41,097 nt of DNA, taken from contig CAZJCL010000001.1 of NCBI GenBank assembly GCA_964544025.1, positions 1 through 41,097 on the forward strand. Direction: 5' to 3'. Under the pieces are notes generated by a model that did no database searches, was not told the DNA's origin, and saw only the letters and a program-made list of their open reading frames with translations. A program made the translations under genes and the position numbers. Below, piece by piece: positions 36,901 through 39,900 of this stretch. Source of the stretch: an uncultured Opitutales bacterium. GTDB lineage: Bacteria; Verrucomicrobiota; Verrucomicrobiia; Opitutales; T3Sed10-336. Positions within the stretch are counted from its first letter, which is position 1. Each line of letters opens with the position of its first letter.

Positions 36901-39900
36901 CTCAACAGCGGCGCGGCGAATCTGACCGCGGCGGGCGGATACCTGGCGTTCAGCGCGATTTACAGCGGCGAACTCGGCAGCGGTCCTTCGCTCTGGGTGA
37001 GCGACGGCACGGCGGATGGCACGCGGATGGTGATCGATCTTTCGCCGGTGAATCCGGGGACGATCTCCGGCATCGCTCACACCGGCAACGGAATCGCCTT
37101 CATCGTCAAGAATGAGGATGCGATCGTGGAAGGGCTGATCGATTACAGCCTCTGGATTTCGAACGGATATCGCGACGGCACCTATCCGGTTCTGAGCGGC
37201 AATGCCGGCACCTTGCCGTTCGGCAGAGACGGCGGCACCGATCCGACCGCGCCGGAGTTCCTCCGCACGGTGGGCGAAGTTTCCTTCTACCATTTCGACG
37301 GACGGATCATCGCGACCGACGGCACGGTGAAGGGGACAAGAGTCATTGCCGGCAGCGACCTCGCTCCGATTACGCCGGCGGAGACGCTCGAAAGCAACGG
37401 ACGTCTGGTCATCCGCACCGTTGAAGGTGGTCTCTGGATCAGCGAAGGGAATCTGGTCGGCCTGCCGTTCCAGATCGAAGTCAAAGCTCCGTTGCCCGGC
37501 ATCATGCATCCGGGAAGCGACCGTGACATCATCAACGGCGGCGAAGGGGACGACATTCTGATCGGCAACGCGGACCACGACATGATCTTCGGCGGCGGCG
37601 GCACCAACTTCTTCGTTGCCGAAAACAAGGAGATCCGCGATCTGCAACCGCACGAAAACTACGTTCTTCCGCCGACGGCGGAGTTCAGCGTGCAGCAGCC
37701 GCGCCCGGCCGATGTCGAGGTCCACATTCCGGACCTTGCCCTGCGTGCCGGCATCGCCCGCGCCCTCGGCATCCCGGTCACACTCGGCTTCGACGGGAAT
37801 CCGGTCATTCATGGCAAGATCATGGCGAGCGCGATGGCGACGCTGGTCGAATTGCAACTGAACAACCTTGGCATCCAGAGTGTCGTGGGCCTTCACTTCG
37901 CCCGCAACCTGAAGGTGCTCAACCTGAACGACAACCGGATCTCCGATCTCTCGATTCTGGTGCCGGCGACCGATCCGGTGACCGGCGCGCAGACGGGCTT
38001 GTCGAATCTCCGCGTTCTCAGCCTCGCGAACAACGGAATGGGAGTGCTCAGTTTCGATGGCGAGGATGATTACGTCGACGTGGAGGCGGATATTTCGGAA
38101 ATCCAAATGACGGTGACCTTCTGGTTCCGCACCGACGCGGCCGGCAAGGCGATGGGACTCTTCTCAATGGACAACGGCGTGCTCGGCTCGGGCGGCCTCG
38201 ACCGGAGCATTTTCCTCACGGCGGACGGCAGAATCGGAGCTTTCCTCTACACCGGAGCCGGAAATTACGACACGATCCTCAGCAACGTGCTTAATCTCGC
38301 CGACGGCAAATGGCATCATGTCGCTTATGTCTTCGGCGCGGATGGAGCCGGAACGGCGCAGCGGGTCTATGTAGATGGCATGGAGGTAGCGCGGGGAACG
38401 GCCACTTCGTCGAGCCTCTCCATTCAGGACGGGCTCAACATCGGTTTCGCCCAGGATCAAAACGGCGATCCGGTCTTCTTCAAGGGCGAGATGGACGAGG
38501 TGCGTATCTGGGATACCGTCTTTAGTCAGGATCTGGTGCGGGCGGACATGGTGCAGCCGTATGCCGCTGAGCGCGTTTATCTCGTGGGTTACTGGAGCTT
38601 CGACGGCCCCCAGACCGGTTTCGTTACCGACCACTCGCTCTTTGGACGCAACGGCGTTCTCGGCGGAGGCAATGTCGAAATGGCGCCGACCCGCATCCGC
38701 ATGTTGCCCGATCCGAATCTCCGGCCGGATCCGAATCTCGGCGACCTCGATTCGGCGGACACGCTCTTCCCGACGATCATCCGCGACTTGCAACGCTTGA
38801 ACAAGCCCGGCCCGCTTGAGCGCCTCAACCTAGCGTTCACCTATGTCGATTTGCTCGATCCACTGAGCGCGCTGACGGAACTCCGTTACATCGACCTCAC
38901 CGGCACGATCACTTCAGTGGAAAGCACGTTGGGCGAGATTGTGGACCACACCGATCCGGAAACTGGCGGTTCCACGCTTGTCGAGTTCAAGGACGGAACG
39001 CGCATCACGGTCGAGCAGGATGTGAGTCTCGTGCTGAGCGCCGGCACTTGGGCCTGGCGTCGCATCGAAGTCGGCGGCGGCACCGACGGGGACGAGCATT
39101 TCACACTCGAAATCGTGATTGTCGGAAACATGCATTTCCTCCGCGTAAGCGCGTTCGGCATCACTGAAGATTTCGACATCACGGAGTATTACAATTCCAC
39201 GACGGATTCTTACGATATGCAGGTCGTGTTCGACGGCGGCTACGGCGACGACTCGCTGACGATTATCGGCGAACTTCCGATGACCGTTTACGCGGCTGGC
39301 GGCGAGGGCGACGATCTGCTGATGGGCGGCAGCCATCAGAGCTTCCTCTTCGGCGGCGAGGGCAACGACACCCTGATCGCGAATGGTGGCCAGACGGTGA
39401 TGAGCGGCGGACGCGGCGACGATATTTATCGATTCTCCGGCGAGTGGGGGACGGCGATCGTCAACGAAAGCACGGACGCGGGCCGCGACACCCTCGATTT
39501 CTCCGATGTGACCGCCGACCTGGCGATCAACGTTCGCGGGATTTCGCAAACCGTCGACGGAAACAACACGGTGAACCATCTGATCAACACGGTGGAAAAC
39601 TTCATCGGCGGTCAGGGCAACGACATGTTGAACCTGCACCGGGCGGAAGGCGGCACTGTCGAGTTGGGTGGAAGCTGGCTGCGTTGGGATGGCGTCACGA
39701 TCACTCACTCGGACATCGAGGGAATCGATGTCAGCTTCATGAACGGTTCGCAGCAATTGACGGGCGTCATCCGCGTGCTGGAGGATCTCGATTACACCGG
39801 TCGCGATCTTCGCCTCGAAGCGCGTTCGATTGACATCCGGGCTTCCATCAAAGCCGGTGGACTTTCGCTCCGGTCGAACACTATTTTGGCCATCGATCAG

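Noticed and set aside
38585-38670. VGYWSFDGPQTGFVTDHSLFGRNGVLGG resembles the usual N-terminal opening of a second LamG domain.
   Set aside because: It is followed by a Pro/Asp-rich linker (PDPNLRPDPNLG) and LRR-like sequence rather than the rest of a LamG fold. It may belong to the preceding LamG or be a remnant, and I cannot support a second domain.
38710-38739. Direct duplication gatccgaatctc ... gatccgaatctc with an 18-nt period.
   Set aside because: This is an in-frame two-copy PDPNL(R/G) linker duplication. It is too short to be a regulatory or mobile-element feature.
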